Below, in pieces: positions 25,455 through 38,147 of a stretch of DNA of 64,000 nt. The notes under the pieces are model-generated. The model was not told the origin of the DNA. It was given only the letters and a program-made list of their open reading frames with translations, and searched no databases. Source of the stretch: Lama glama (Eukaryota). The position numbers and the translations under genes are program-made. The stretch spans positions 20,462,001-20,526,000 of the forward strand of contig CM052818.1 in assembly GCA_028534125.1 (NCBI GenBank), written 5' to 3'. Position 1 is the first letter of the stretch. Each line of letters begins with the position of its first letter.

Positions 25455-27770
25455 TTTCTGGCAATCAAACTACGTGATCTGAGCCAACAGTACCACTAAA
25501 AATAACAACCAAAAAAACTGCTGGATAAAATTGTTAAAATTCTTCTCTGAAGTATCAAAGTTTAGACAAGCTAGTAAAGAAGGACTGGGGAAAGGGAAGA
25601 AAAACGGGAACCCAGGGAGCCACTTTTGCCCTCGGGGCATTTGCCAATCCTGGAAAATTAAAATCTAGAAGGTTTTTCAAAATAAGGAAGATAAAAATTA
25701 AAGATTAGGGCGTGCTCAAAGAAGAGGTCCAAATGAGAGACTCTCCCCTCAACATGCTAGGACCCAAAAAAGCCCAGGCTTTAGTGTAAGGGTGGACTGG
25801 TAATAAACCCTTGTATAGACCTGTGATTTGGGAGACTGTTACAGACCACATGTTTGTGTTCCCACCCCACAACCTCCAAATCCATAGGTTAAATCCTAAC
25901 GCCAGTGTGATGGTATTTGGAGGTGAGGACTTTAGGAGGTGATTCAGTCATGGTGGTACAACTGCCATGAATGGGATTAGTGCCCTAATCAAAGAGACCT
26001 CAGAAAGATCCCTTGCCCTTTCTACCATGTGAGAACCCAGTAAGAGAACCAAGAACCAGTAGCAGAGAACCAGCACCAGACCCTCAGTCAATCTGCCAGC
26101 ACCTTGATCTTGGACTTCTCAGCCTCCAGAACTGTGAGAAAGCAAATTTCTGTTGTTTATAAGCCACCCAGTCTATGGTGTTTGGTTCTACCAGCCCAAA
26201 CAGACTAAGACAGAAACAGCAGCCTGAACAAACTAAAGAGACTCAAGCCCTAAACTTGGCTAAAGTTGGCTCTGGATACTAGGCATTTAGCAGAAGCAAA
26301 CACTGGAGGAAGGTACCTTCATAACAGGTCACAAATAAAAATTTCAGCACAATAAGCCCAAGATAACTAAGTCTAAAAGGAAACAAGGCATCATGAGCAA
26401 GAACTAGCTGGAAAAATATAAGAACAGAACTACAGAAACTTCAAGTACTGAAATTATCAGACTATAGATGAAGTTTATAATGTTAAGTGATTAAAAAAAG
26501 AAAAAATTTTAAATATCTGCTAGGAACAGAAAATATAATGACCTAGGAGATTTCTTTGAAAAACCAAACAAATTCTGAAAGTTAAAAAATATAATACCAA
26601 AATTTGAAAACTCAAGATGAGGTTAATATTCACTTAGATGTAGCTAGAGAGAGACTTGAAAGGTCAGAAACTATCCGGAGTCTACCATGGAAAGACAAAA
26701 AGATAGAGAATACAGAGAGAGGAGAAAAGATATAGAAAACAGAGAATCAGGGTCCCAGAAAGAGGAAAAAAGGATGGGGCAGATGTAATACCTAAAAAGA
26801 TAACGGCTGACAATTTTCCAGAATTTTGAAAAATACCAATACGTAAATTTAAAAGCCCATTGGATTCTGAGAAGGAAAAAAAAAGCCAAACCTAGACACA
26901 TTACTATGAAAATGTATACCATCATAGGAGAAAAATCTTAAAGGGGTCCTGAAAAAAAAATACCTTCAAAAAAGCGACAGGTGAGTTCTCAATGACAACA
27001 ATCCAAGATAGTGAAATACCTTTAATGCGCTGAAAGAAAAAAAACTCCCTACCTAGATTTCTATACAGCAACAACAAAGTCATTCAAGAATAAAGATGAC
27101 TGAAAATATTTTCAAACAAATGAAACTAAGAGTTTGCCATCAGCACATTGAAATGTGAGATCCAAGGAAATTTACAAAGGATGTACTTTAGGCAGAAGAA
27201 AAGTATCCCAAATGGTAGGTCTGAAGTATGGGAAAGAATGAAGGGTGAAGAAAGTGATAAATATATGGATATACCAATATAAACACTGGCTATATAAATC
27301 AATACTTATGTTTTGAATTGAATTTCCTTCAATACCGTTAAAATTTTCATCAACACTAGCATGTAAGATGAGCATGGGGAAAGTAAATATAACTAATAAT
27401 TCTAAGGTCCTCATGTTATCCAGAAAGAGGATATGTTTAATTAACTTTAAAATTTGATAAGTTGGAATAAATGTATTTAAGTGGTAGTTTCCAAAGTAAT
27501 CACAAAAAGAATAAAAAAAAGAATACACATTTTCCAAACTAGTAAATGGGGAAAACAATTTTCTTTAGTTCAGTCCGAAAAAATCAAGGAGAGAAAAAGA
27601 AATGCAGGTCAGGGCACATGCAGAAAGACAAGAATAAGATGTCAAATTTAAACTTAAATATATCAGTAATTATTGCATCAAATGTAAGTAGACTAGTTAT
27701 CTCGCTAAAAGACAAAGACTGCCAGACTGGACTGTTGAGAATCCAGCGGTATGCTGTGTACAAGAGACAA
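25455..27770 (+). mobile_element. Old L1 (L1ME-like) 5' portion: 5'UTR, degenerate ORF1 and start of ORF2 endonuclease
   Basis: ORF1-like motifs ggtcccagaa/aattttccagaa/cctagacacatt/cctagatttctatac; EN-like NISVI..NV and atgctgtgtacaagagaca (~CCxQET); many stops. Confidence 0.75.
25837..26212 (+). mobile_element. MaLR solo LTR (MLT1A-like) with 5-bp TSD
   Basis: TG...CA, 376 bp; ccttgatcttggacttctcagcctccagaactgtgaga; flanks gagac / gaaac. Confidence 0.9.
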
Positions 27771-27771
27771 G

Positions 27772-28350
27772 GGAAATTGTAAGGAATGAGAAGCTGTCAA
27801 CCTGGCCAAAAACAGCTTCCCGGGGAGAAGTAACAGCATCTGCAAAGGCCCAGCAGCAGGAGAGCAGAACAGATACAAGGTCAGTATGGTAAAGTGTAGA
27901 GATTAAAGGAAATATGGCCTGAATCAAGCTTGGAGGGCTAGGTGTGGCCAATCCACACAGGGGCAGGCCAAAAGGAAATCATAGAATGTATCCCCAAATG
28001 GTTGAAAAGTATTGGAAGAGGTACAGGAACACCATTTATGACCTCAAGTTGCAATAGAATAGACTTAGGCACAAATAATAAAGAGCAACTTGGTGCATTT
28101 GGGAAATGATATGGCTGGAGTGTGAATCTGCAGATGAGCGTAAGCTGAAGATGACTTGGAAAGAACCACAGGAGGGTTTGTATTCTGAAAAGGAATTTTG
28201 ATTTATTTTTGCAGATGATAGGAAACTGCTGAAGGATTTTAAACCAGAGAGTAATTTGATGAATTGTGTATTTAAAACCACACAGGCAAGACTGTGGAAG
28301 ATGAAATAAGAGGGAGATTGGAAGAAGGGAGACCAATTAGACCATTGTTG
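27772..28350 (-). mobile_element. L2 continuation
   Basis: aacagcatctgcaaaggccc...gatgataggaaactgctgaaggattttaaaccagagagtaatttgat. Confidence 0.65.
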
Positions 28351-29313
28351 ATTTCAGAGCCACAATCAACATACTCAGTGATGTACAAAGAAACGTGGAT
28401 TTGTATTCCCTACTGCCCAGATGGAGACACCCAAATCTGGAAAGCAGAGATGGATTTTCAGAACCTGTAGATGGTTATTCCCATGACTGTTACCAAACGC
28501 TTCAAAAAATCAGCTTAATTTTGAAATCCCAAAATCTGCCCTGTACTATTAACTAGCAAACAGTTATTCATTAAGTATGTTCTAAAGACTGGGTATCTGC
28601 CTAGCTCTATGGGAAATACAAAAATCTCAGCACCTTTAACTTGGAAAAGGTCTTGTATCACTCATTTTCTAAAATATCTATGATGAGTTTGCAAACTCAT
28701 AAATGAATCCAACCTTCCAGGCACTGCTGGAATCGCTTTTAGGCAGAAGGAAAGCTGCCATCTGTATGAACACTTAGGGCAATGGGAGCTCCTTCACAAT
28801 GTAGCCAGTTTAATCATGGGAAATCTGTATTTTGACCTTACATTTTATGCCACTGCTCTTTACTCTCTTTACCTGATCAATGCAGAATACAACGAACCCA
28901 TACCTATATAACTACCCTTTCCATGGAGATGACTGACTTGAGGGTTTGATACATGCAAGGTGTCTCTTCAATCTACCCTCCTCCATCAGAGCCTCTGGAC
29001 CTCATCCTGGCTCCTCTAGAGCTGGGCACTGGTGTGCCAACAACCTCCTTAGCAGGTGACACCGTAACTGATCCCCAGCCTGAAGACTCAATACAGTTGT
29101 GAATGTTGAATCAGCAGGCTTTAAATCACAGCAACATGAGGCCATGGATGAAAATGCTAAGGCATGAATTAGATATGCTGAATTTTACCACAAATATTGC
29201 TGGTTGAACCTTGGGCTCAAATGTATGACTTTCTCTTTAATGGACAAGGAAATCTCCACTTGCTTATTCTTTACCCTCAGACTCTGCTGCACTATTTCTG
29301 CTCTAGGTCTCAC

Positions 29314-29380
29314 CTGGAGGAGCTAGCTGAGGGTTTGTGCACTCCAGTCTCTCATGCCCATATTACCCATATGTTCAATC
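29314..29380 (-). other. Candidate short non-coding exon
   Basis: Minus strand tcctcttagatcctgcag|GATTGA...CTCCAG|gtgaga; weak pyrimidine tract. Confidence 0.2.
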
Positions 29381-29430
29381 CTGCAGGATCTAAGAGGATC
29401 ATGGAGACCAGGTATTTGGAGCGTGTTCTT

Positions 29431-29540
29431 TCTCTCTCTCTCTGTATGTATGTATATATATGTGTGTGTGTATGTGTGTGTGCATATACACACACACATA
29501 TATATATATTTTATAATTAATTCATATATCTATATATATT
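29431..29540. repeat. Compound (TC)n/(TA)n/(TG)n/(CA)n microsatellite
   Basis: Directly visible dinucleotide runs. Confidence 0.95.
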
Positions 29541-30439
29541 TCCTCTCACTGAAATAAGAAAAACAGGATACTCTAACCTGCTTGAAATACAGGTCAAACA
29601 GATTTAAATTAAAATAGGCCAGAACCAGACAAATAGAATGAGGCATTTAATTCCCAAATATCCTCAGTTGCCATCTGTTCAGTGGCATATTCTGAAATAG
29701 CTGGGATCCAGGGCCAGGAGTGAGCAGGAAGCAGGAATCCTTCCTCTCTGTAAACAGTGGAATGCAGCTTTGGGAACAATATGCCACTAGCTGCATATTA
29801 ATCATTGGGAATGTAGAACCTGGAGGGAAGGGTTACCTAAATGGCTCTTTAATAAAATAGTGAAGTGCCCAGGCTTGATATTTGACACATCCCATAGCCA
29901 TGCCCTGCCAAACCTGATTCTTCCAAAGACCCAAATCACAGAGTTAGAAGGAGGCAGGGAGCCTGAAAAAGTGGTGACTGGCAACCGGCTCAGAGGCAAG
30001 TGGCCAGTGGGAAAGGACAGCTCTGGGAAGCCTTGTCCAATTGGAGGAAGGACCTGTCTGATCACTGGCAGCCCATTTTAGGCTGAGAAGCCTCCTCCCT
30101 CATTAGCCTTAAAGATATCAGGGTGGGAAACAAGAGGACAGGTACAAGTTCAGGACAAGTCAAGGCAACTGTGGAAGCTCCTAAGCCTCTCTCTTTGGTC
30201 ACGAGCAGAATGGAGCCCTCTGGAGTTGTGGGTGAAAATCCTACATGGAAGCCTGTCCAGCAACTTGGGATCCAGCACCTTGACCATAAAATCTTACAGG
30301 CAGACAAGATAGGGAAGTGGGAGATAGGGAAAGGAGGGTCCCAGAGTGAGGAGTTTGAGATGGAAGACTGAGCAAGTCTGGATCTTAAGGAGGAAGTTAT
30401 CCACATGGTGTTATTTGAGAGAACTTTCACTGACAATCT

Positions 30440-30630
30440 CTTTAGCACCAGTTTCTTTATCAGGCACCTTACCCCACTATTTCATCTAACCTCCCAACAT
30501 TGCTAGGAGGTAGAAATTAACGCCCATTTATAGAGAGGGAAGAGTGAAGACATGGAAAGGTTAACAGTGGCATCTGTCCAAGATCTATCTCCCTACAAAA
30601 CTCTTATTCTTTCTACAATAGCTCAGTGCC
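30440..30630 (-). mobile_element. MIR fragment
   Basis: tttcatctaacctcccaac...gcccatttatagagagggaagagtgaag. Confidence 0.55.
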
Positions 30631-31014
30631 TTCCTCTATACTGAAGCCAAAATATATCTCCCCCTTGAAGTGCCAAGAGAAGAGACAGTTCTTGTGGGTT
30701 ATAGGTGTCTCTTAGTGCACAATGCTGGGGTCAGCCTAAGATAGTGAGGTATCCTTGGGAGTACTGCTCTCAGGGAAGACTGACATGGAGCTGAGAGACA
30801 TGTAGTCTCCAGGGAGACAGTACAGTGGAGCCGCAGGCCCTCTCGGAGGAGACAGGAGGGAGCTGAGATGCCTCAAGGGCAAAGGTATACCGCTGACTTC
30901 ACCATTCAGCAAAAGGCAAAGCCTGAGTCTCAGACAACAGGAAAAGCAGCACAAGATTCTGAACTTCCATCTAACAAGCATTTACTGCTTTCCTCAGCAG
31001 GTATCATGCTGGGG

Positions 31015-31310
31015 CCGAGCTTCTCAAACTAGCCACGAAGGACCTGTGTCTTATTTATTTGTATGCAATTGAACACATGGTCCTACAAAGCACAACTAAT
31101 AGGCAGCTTGTAACACGCAAGAGTTACCACCTGAGACCAGCAATACCCAGACTTGTCCCCACCTTGTTCAACAAGCTGAGTCCACTGGTGTTGCCTTTGG
31201 ATGTTGTGGCGATGTTGAATGGTTATGAGTTTCTAACTGCTTTTTGTCAATTTCTGGTCCTATCTTTTCACCAGGTAGCCACAGTCAGCTCATGGACAGC
31301 ACCACTCTCC
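31015..31310. mobile_element. hAT-Charlie-like MITE (Charlie18a-like, tentative)
   Basis: Starts gcttctcaaacta...gaaggacc and ends catggacagcaccact. Confidence 0.4.
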
Positions 31311-31679
31311 CAACCTAAACCCAGCACTCTAGGGGTTAGGTTGGGAGACTGGGGTGTGGCCGTCCGAAATTAAGATAGTTCAGTAGGTATGTGGGAGAGC
31401 TGCCTCCAGCTGTCCAAACTCCCAGCAACCACCGCCAGTTCTATAGCTCCAGTCAGAAACCCCATAAAGAGATATATCTGGGTGGGCCTTAGCAGACCTG
31501 GGTTCTAATTCAGATTTTCCAACTGACTCAAGGTATAACCCTAGGTATATAACCCTTTACTTCCAAGTGACTGAGTTTCCCTTTAGAAGATGATCAGTTC
31601 GAACCAGGTAGGCACTAAGGACTCTCCCAGCTCCCTGGTGCCATGTTCTCCTCCAGGCTTACAGCTCCATAGACCACCT

Positions 31680-32640
31680 CCATTTATGTCTCCAGACTGG
31701 ACCTCTCCCCTGCACACCAGAGTCGTACGTTCTGCTGCCTTCCTGACACCTGTCCTCAATACCTCCCAGACATCTCATTTAACATGACGAAGACAGAGCT
31801 CCAAAACAGGCCCCCACCCTTACTGTCTCTCCCATCAGTTCACAGCAACTCCATCCTTCCAATAGCTCAGACGAAAAATCATTGAAGTCATCCTTGACTT
31901 CTCCCTTTATCTCACAATTCACTTCCAACATATCAATAAAAATTTCAACTTACCTGCTCAAATATATCCAAATCCAACTTCTTATCATCTCACTACCCTG
32001 AGCCAGGACACCACTACCTCATTGCAGTCCTGGCTTCATGGCAATGGCTCCTAAGAGGTCCCTCTGCCATCCACTTATGCAGTAGCCTGAAAGGTCCTGT
32101 TAAACCCAGATTAGGCCACTCTGCTGCTCAGAATACTCCAAGGGCCTCACCTTCCTTGAGAGCAAAGACCAGGATCCTGACTGTGATCTGGAAAGTCAAG
32201 CTAGCATGAGCCAGCTCTCTGCTGCCTCTCTGACCTGCTTCCTGCCTTTTGTCTCCTGGTCTTCTTGGCTCCAGTCACATGCACTTCTTTGCCTGCAGCA
32301 CCTTTACACTTGCTGTTTTCTCTGCCCAGAACGTTCTTCTTTCATTCCTGCAGGGCTCACTCCCTCATTTCCTTCAGGACTTCAACCACAGGTCTCCCTG
32401 GTCCCCTAACCTCTCGGGGTCCTCACCTCCTACAGTTCACACCCACTTCTCCTGCCTAATTTTTTCTCCTCAGCAGTTACAACGATGTAGCAATTACTTG
32501 TCTGTAGTCTCTCTCTCCCAGCCAGAAGGTAAGGGTCACGACGGCAAAGATTTTGGGGTTTTGTCCACATGGCAGCCCCAGTGCCTGCCCCCATGCCTGG
32601 CACACAGTAGGTGTTTAATACATTTGTGGAACAAGGAAGG
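31680..32640 (+). mobile_element. L2 (L2a-like) 3' ~1 kb
   Basis: ggacctctcccctg, gtcatccttgacttctccc, ctccagtcacatgcacttc; 3' end gcctggcacacagtaggtgtttaatacatttgtggaa. Confidence 0.85.
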
Positions 32641-34074
32641 AGTTCTGTGGGTCACTGTCTGGCTGGCCCAAGGCCCTCCAGTTGCACTTTCTCCACTTGG
32701 TCACTAGACACAGACAGCAAACACCTCAGCATCTAAGGGGATGATTCCGACAGGTGTAAAAGAGGCCTGCGTCCCATCTCTGGGCACTGTCTCTGGAGGG
32801 GACTGGGGAAAAAGTACATTCTCCACCACTAACCTGCCTTCCAAAGCCACTACTTTGCACCCTCATCTCTGCAAAGGAAAATATCCCCTAGGATGGCTTT
32901 TTAAAAAACGTAATCCCATGTAAATCCTTCAGCTGTTTACCTGAATTCCATTTAATCTCCTGTGGAGATGCCTCTAAATCATCTGCTCTCAAGGAGTCAG
33001 GAAAAAACCAACTCCTATGAAGATGTTTTTATCACCCTTGCTGCTGAGAAAACACGCTTTAATTTCTATCAAGAGAAGCAGCACAGAGCAACAGAACAAT
33101 TATTTATAGTTTTTTCCCCCTCTCAGTGCTGGATTATCTAACCACATGTCTCACAGAGTGTTTAATCTCCAACAGGTAAAGGGTTTTATCCATTTAAATG
33201 CACCTTCGCACAAAGGTCCTGGGTCCCAGCTGCAGGTGCATGGGTCAACCTGCTTTCAAAGCCAGAGTCGCACACAAATGAGATTTTCCCCTCCAGGGAC
33301 GGGAGGTGGGACCAATAGACCAGGCCAGTCACTTGGGGGTCAGGTCCCATCTCAGTGGTTAACTGAGATGCCTGCTTGATCGTTCCACATCCAACTACAG
33401 TCCCTCGGAACAGGACATCACGGAATCTTTGAAGACAAGAAGCATTTGGAGGTTCCTGGCACGTGCCACTCTGTGTGAAGTCCCTTTCACAATATCCCTA
33501 ACAACCGAGCCCCACTGTTTGCCCAAATGCTTCTGGAGGTGGAGCATTCACTCACCATCTTCTGGGAAGCCTGTTCCTCTTAAGTGCCATTGGTCCCCCA
33601 CGTTTATTCTCTCCAAAGATCTAGGATCTTTGTTACCACTGAGTCTCACGATGCACCCAACACTTAACATGCCTTTTCTCATTTAATCACCATAGCCCTA
33701 GAAAGAGAGAGAACTATGGTCCCCATCTCCCAGAAGAGGAAATGAAAGTTTCCACTCCTTCTGAGCCACTCTCTTTGTGACATGGATGGGAATATGGGAT
33801 TTTATTTTATGAATATTGTACCCATCACCTGAATCTATTTCTTATTCTAGAAAAAGGCTAGCACCTTATGGAAGCACAGATCCATTTAAGGTCCCAAAGA
33901 CATGGAGAAAAACAAAAAACAGCATGTTTAGACTAAACATCAAGAAAGAAATTAAGTGACACCCAGGTTCATCACATGATCAAATAATCATGCAGGTCAT
34001 TCTCCCAGCTGAGGGAAGATTCAAAATATGCCAAACAATCCTGGGCATCTTCATTTAACCAAGGTCCTGTATCA

Positions 34075-34154
34075 ATTTTTTTTTCAATTAGAGACTTTAT
34101 TTTAGAGCAATTTTAGGTTTGTGGAAAAACTGATCAGGAAGTACAAAGTTCCCA
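34075..34154 (-). mobile_element. L1MC-like 3' terminus (left half of split element)
   Basis: T-run then agactttattttagagcaattttaggtttgtggaaaaactgatcaggaagtacaaagttccc. Confidence 0.75.
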
Positions 34155-34155
34155 G

Positions 34156-36075
34156 AGGAGAGAAGCAAGATGGCAGAGTAGAAAGAAGCTTGTAGCTCAC
34201 CCTCTCCCACAAATACACCAAAACTCACATCTACGGACCTACTCAGCCAACCAGAGCACCTGCCGAACTCTGACAGAACATCGCCCTCTTTGAAAGACAA
34301 AGAGGCCAAAAATCTGGTAGGAGAAAAGGAAAAAAGAAAGAAGAAAAAGCAAAACAGTGCCGAAGCAGTCTTGCCGGGAGGGAGCGGCAAAGGAGGACTG
34401 GCACTCATTTGCTGGGTCTCCCCTCTCCAACGGAGAGGCCAGCAGGATGGAGGGGGAGCCTCCGAGGCTCAGATCTGCCCCAAGCACCCCTTGACTGACA
34501 GAACTGAGTTAAACAAGCACAAAGGGTCCCCGCAACACCCAGCCCGAGACGCGAGCCAGCAGCAGAGGCCGGGACAGGCCGCCTGAGCTAGGTGGAGGAG
34601 GACTGGGGCGCTGCACTGAGGCAGCCCCGGGGGAACTGCAGGGGGCTGCGCACCGTGGCTAGGAGGGGATACGGAGCAGAACCACCTCAGTTCCCCATAA
34701 ATTGCGAAACAAGCAAAGCAACATGGCTGGTGTGCCCTGGGGGGAGAGGCGCTGTAGCCTTTGTCTCCTCAGACCTGCACCGCCATTACTGGCTCATCTC
34801 GTGAGAAGACAGGCGGGGCGCAGCCACAGCTACCATCTCCTCCAGTGCGCAGCACCTGGGCAGGGGCACGGCCGGGACCTGAATCCATACCCAGGGGCTC
34901 TGCAACCTCCTAGGCAGGACTGAGACTTGTTTACAGCCTAAGGCAGATAGGATCTTTCTACCCTGGCACCTCAGAGAACTTGTGCCGCCAAGACAAACAA
35001 GGAGCTGAGATTTGGCCCGGAGCAGGGGCGGGGCCGTTCCGTGGTCTTCCCCGAGCCTGCCTTTGGAGCACCAACCTGAAGTGGAGCAGGCAGCTGCACA
35101 GAGCAGCAGAGCGAACGGTGCTGGGAGAGGGCGGGTGGCCAACCACCCTCCTGGCAGGAACGCAGCACCTGACCACAGTGCTGGGAGGGAGAGTGACCCG
35201 CCTGCCCACCGGGTAAGAGCTCAGCACCTGACCCAGTGTTGGGAGGGGGCACGACCTGTTAGCCAACAGCAACTGGGAGCAGCACAGACAAGGGCACCAA
35301 CAGAGGGCCTCTGGAAACAACAAGCTGAGTTCACGAACCAGGGTGAAGACACAAAGACCTTTCGATAAAATCATTAAGAGCACACCGTCTCCTGGAGAAC
35401 TAGATAACTGATACTCCTTAAGCCACAGTGCCAGAGAGATATGAGCAATATGAAGAAGCAGAGGAACCACTCCCAATTAAAAGATCAAGAGAAATCCCCT
35501 GAAAGCACGATCAAGGAAATAAGACATTGATGGCCTACTAGATCAAGAGTTCAAAAAAGGAGTGATCATAGTACTGGAGGAACTAAAAGAAATAGTGCTT
35601 AGAGATATAAAATAAGTCAAAGATGAAACAGAAGCTATAAAGAACCAAGTAGAATTAATAAACTCATTTGCTGAGATGAGAGCTGACCTAACGGCTGTAC
35701 AAAGCAGGCTAGATAATGCAGAGGAACAAATAAGTGACCTAGAAGACAGGACAACAGAAAGCACCCAATCAGAAGAGCTGAGAGAAAAACAAACAAAAAA
35801 CAATGAAAACAATATAAGGGACCTATGGGATAATATAAAGCGTGCCAATCTATGCATAATAGGGGTTCCAGAAGGGGAAGAAAGAACAAAGGGGATTGAA
35901 AAGGCATTTGAAGAAATCATGACTGAAAACTTCCCAAACCTAAAGGAATCAGATATCCAAGTACAGAAGGCTCAGAGGGTCCCAAACGGGAAGAACCCAA
36001 ACAGATCCACACCAAGACATATCATAATCAAGATGGCCAGAGTCAAGGATAAAGAAATGATCCTAAAGGCAAGAG
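34156..36075 (+). mobile_element. Young lineage-specific L1: complete 5'UTR plus ORF1, cut by assembly gap
   Basis: 5' ggagagaagCAAGATGGC (YY1-type) start; GC/CpG-rich ~1.3 kb UTR; ORF1p motifs RDLWDNIKRANLCIIGVPEGEE, EIMTENFPNL, TPRHIIIKM. Confidence 0.95.
35441..36075 (+). pseudogene. L1 ORF1p, disabled (5' part visible)
   Basis: MSNMKKQRNHSQLKDQEKSPE..., 1-nt frameshift near 35521, in-frame TAA at 35613-35615, then open frame to the gap. Confidence 0.85.
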
Positions 36076-36575
36076 NNNNNNNNNNNNNNNNNNNNNNNNN
36101 NNNNNNNNNNNNNNNNNNNNNNNNNNNNNNNNNNNNNNNNNNNNNNNNNNNNNNNNNNNNNNNNNNNNNNNNNNNNNNNNNNNNNNNNNNNNNNNNNNNN
36201 NNNNNNNNNNNNNNNNNNNNNNNNNNNNNNNNNNNNNNNNNNNNNNNNNNNNNNNNNNNNNNNNNNNNNNNNNNNNNNNNNNNNNNNNNNNNNNNNNNNN
36301 NNNNNNNNNNNNNNNNNNNNNNNNNNNNNNNNNNNNNNNNNNNNNNNNNNNNNNNNNNNNNNNNNNNNNNNNNNNNNNNNNNNNNNNNNNNNNNNNNNNN
36401 NNNNNNNNNNNNNNNNNNNNNNNNNNNNNNNNNNNNNNNNNNNNNNNNNNNNNNNNNNNNNNNNNNNNNNNNNNNNNNNNNNNNNNNNNNNNNNNNNNNN
36501 NNNNNNNNNNNNNNNNNNNNNNNNNNNNNNNNNNNNNNNNNNNNNNNNNNNNNNNNNNNNNNNNNNNNNNNNNNN
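36076..36575. other. Assembly gap, exactly 500 N
   Basis: N run. Confidence 1.
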
Positions 36576-36815
36576 TCTTGTATTAGTGCGATACATTTGT
36601 TACAACTGATAAATCAATACTGATACATTAACATCCCTAGTTTACATCCGGATTCACTCTATTGTAGGTTCTATGGATTTTGACAAATATATGACACATG
36701 TCCATCATTACTATATACAGAATAGTTTCACTGCCCTAAAAATTCCCTCTGCTCTACCTATTTATTCATTTCTCCCTCCCTCCCCTCTCTCAACCCCACC
36801 CTCTGGCAACTACCG
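36576..36815 (-). mobile_element. L1MC-like 3'UTR (right half of split element)
   Basis: tacatttgttacaactgataaatcaatactgataca...catccattactatatacagaatagtttcactgccctaaaa-type reverse L1MC 3'UTR. Confidence 0.8.
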
Positions 36816-36819
36816 ATCC

Positions 36820-37078
36820 CAAATAATAGACCAAAAAATCCTGGAATTAATAAACAATTGGAGCAAGGTTGCAAAATACAAGGTTAATATAAAAAAGTCA
36901 ACTGTTTACCTATTTGCTAGCCACGAACAATCTGAACTTGAAATTAAAAACACAGTAGCACCAAAAAAAAAATCCCACACACAGAGGTATACATCTAACA
37001 AAATATATACATGATCTACATGAGGAAAACTACAAACCTCTGGTGAAAGAAGTCAAACAAGATCTAAATGAATGGGCA
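36820..37078 (+). mobile_element. L1 ORF2 fragment (post-RT region)
   Basis: KILELINNWSKVAKYKVNIKKS ~ KLLELINEFSKVAGYKINIQKS; gatctacatgaggaaaactacaaacctctggtgaaagaa (DLHEENYKPLVKE). Confidence 0.85.
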
Positions 37079-37275
37079 TTTCTCCTCTGAATTTTAGAAA
37101 CAAACTCTCCAACTCAGTTAACCTGATCTCAAATCAGAGGTTTAGAAATGCCTTCCTTCATGATGATGGTTAACAGAAAAATCCCCTAAACAAAGCCAGT
37201 AGCCCCAGGGACATGCAGCAACAATGAGAAGCTCAAAACCTCTAACTGCTGTGGGCTGGGAAAGAGGTGCCAAGA

Positions 37276-37438
37276 TAGGGTTTCCAGATAAAATACAAAT
37301 AACTGTTTAGTATATGTATGTCCCAAATACTACATGGAATATATTAATACTAAAAACATTTTTTTAGGTATCTGCAGATCAGCTAAAATTGAAATTTTCA
37401 AAAATCCCAAATTTTTCTTTGTGTTATCCGGCAACCCC
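37276..37438 (-). mobile_element. MER53-like hAT MITE
   Basis: tagggtttccagataaaatac...gtatgtcccaaata...atccggcaacccc. Confidence 0.7.
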
Positions 37439-37697
37439 ACTCCAAGTTGGAGTATGACTTGGAACAAGGAAAAGAAACAAACCTCTTAGGTGTCTTCAGT
37501 GCTTGATGTTTTTCAAAGCCTTTTCAATTCTTTTTTCTCTGGATTTTACTACATCTGAGAGGAAAGCAGGACAAGTACCTCCACCCTCATTAACCAGATT
37601 AGAGAAAAAGCACAGGTACCAAACAATGGAGTCAAGGTGAGGCAGGCCAGGAACACAGCTGGCTCTAATCATTCTTAAGATCACCTATTCAATTAGC

Positions 37698-37800
37698 CCA
37701 GGGTACTTCAACCCTGGCTGAACCTTGGAATCACCTAGGGAGCTGCCAAAACCCCACTGATGCCTGGGCCCTTACTCTTAATGCCTGGGCATCTTTTAAA
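37698..37800. mobile_element. MER5A-like left half (resumes ~38440-38490)
   Basis: tcaaccctggctgaaccttggaatcacctagggagct...tgatgcctgggccc; later ccagatgattcaaatgtg. Confidence 0.6.
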
Positions 37801-37804
37801 AAAT

Positions 37805-38087
37805 ATTTTACAAAAGAAAAGAAAAAAGATGACACTAATGAACTTATCTACAAAACAGAAACAGACTCACAGACATAGTAAACAAACTTATGGTTACCAG
37901 GGGTAAAGGCCGTGGGAAGGCAAACATTGGGAGTTTGAGGTGTGCAAATACTAATTACTACATACAAAATAGATATAAGACAAATTTCTTGTTGTAATCT
38001 ATGATGAAAAAGAATATGAAAACAAATATATGTATTGTACATGTATGACTGAAACATGCTGTACACCAGAAATTGACACATTGTAAC
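37805..38087 (+). mobile_element. Young cetartiodactyl/camelid-type L1 3'UTR fragment
   Basis: aatgaacttatctacaaaacagaaacagactcacagacatag...tatggttaccagggg...gctgtacaccagaaattgacacattgtaac. Confidence 0.85.
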
Positions 38088-38147
38088 AGATAGGGAACTC
38101 CTCAGGTTCAACAATTATCAACGCATGGCCAATCTCATTTCATAGAC

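Noticed and set aside
35676..36623. 315-aa ORF (and the 177-aa reverse ORF 36063-36596)
   Set aside because: Length is an artefact of translating through 500 N; the real part is L1 ORF1p
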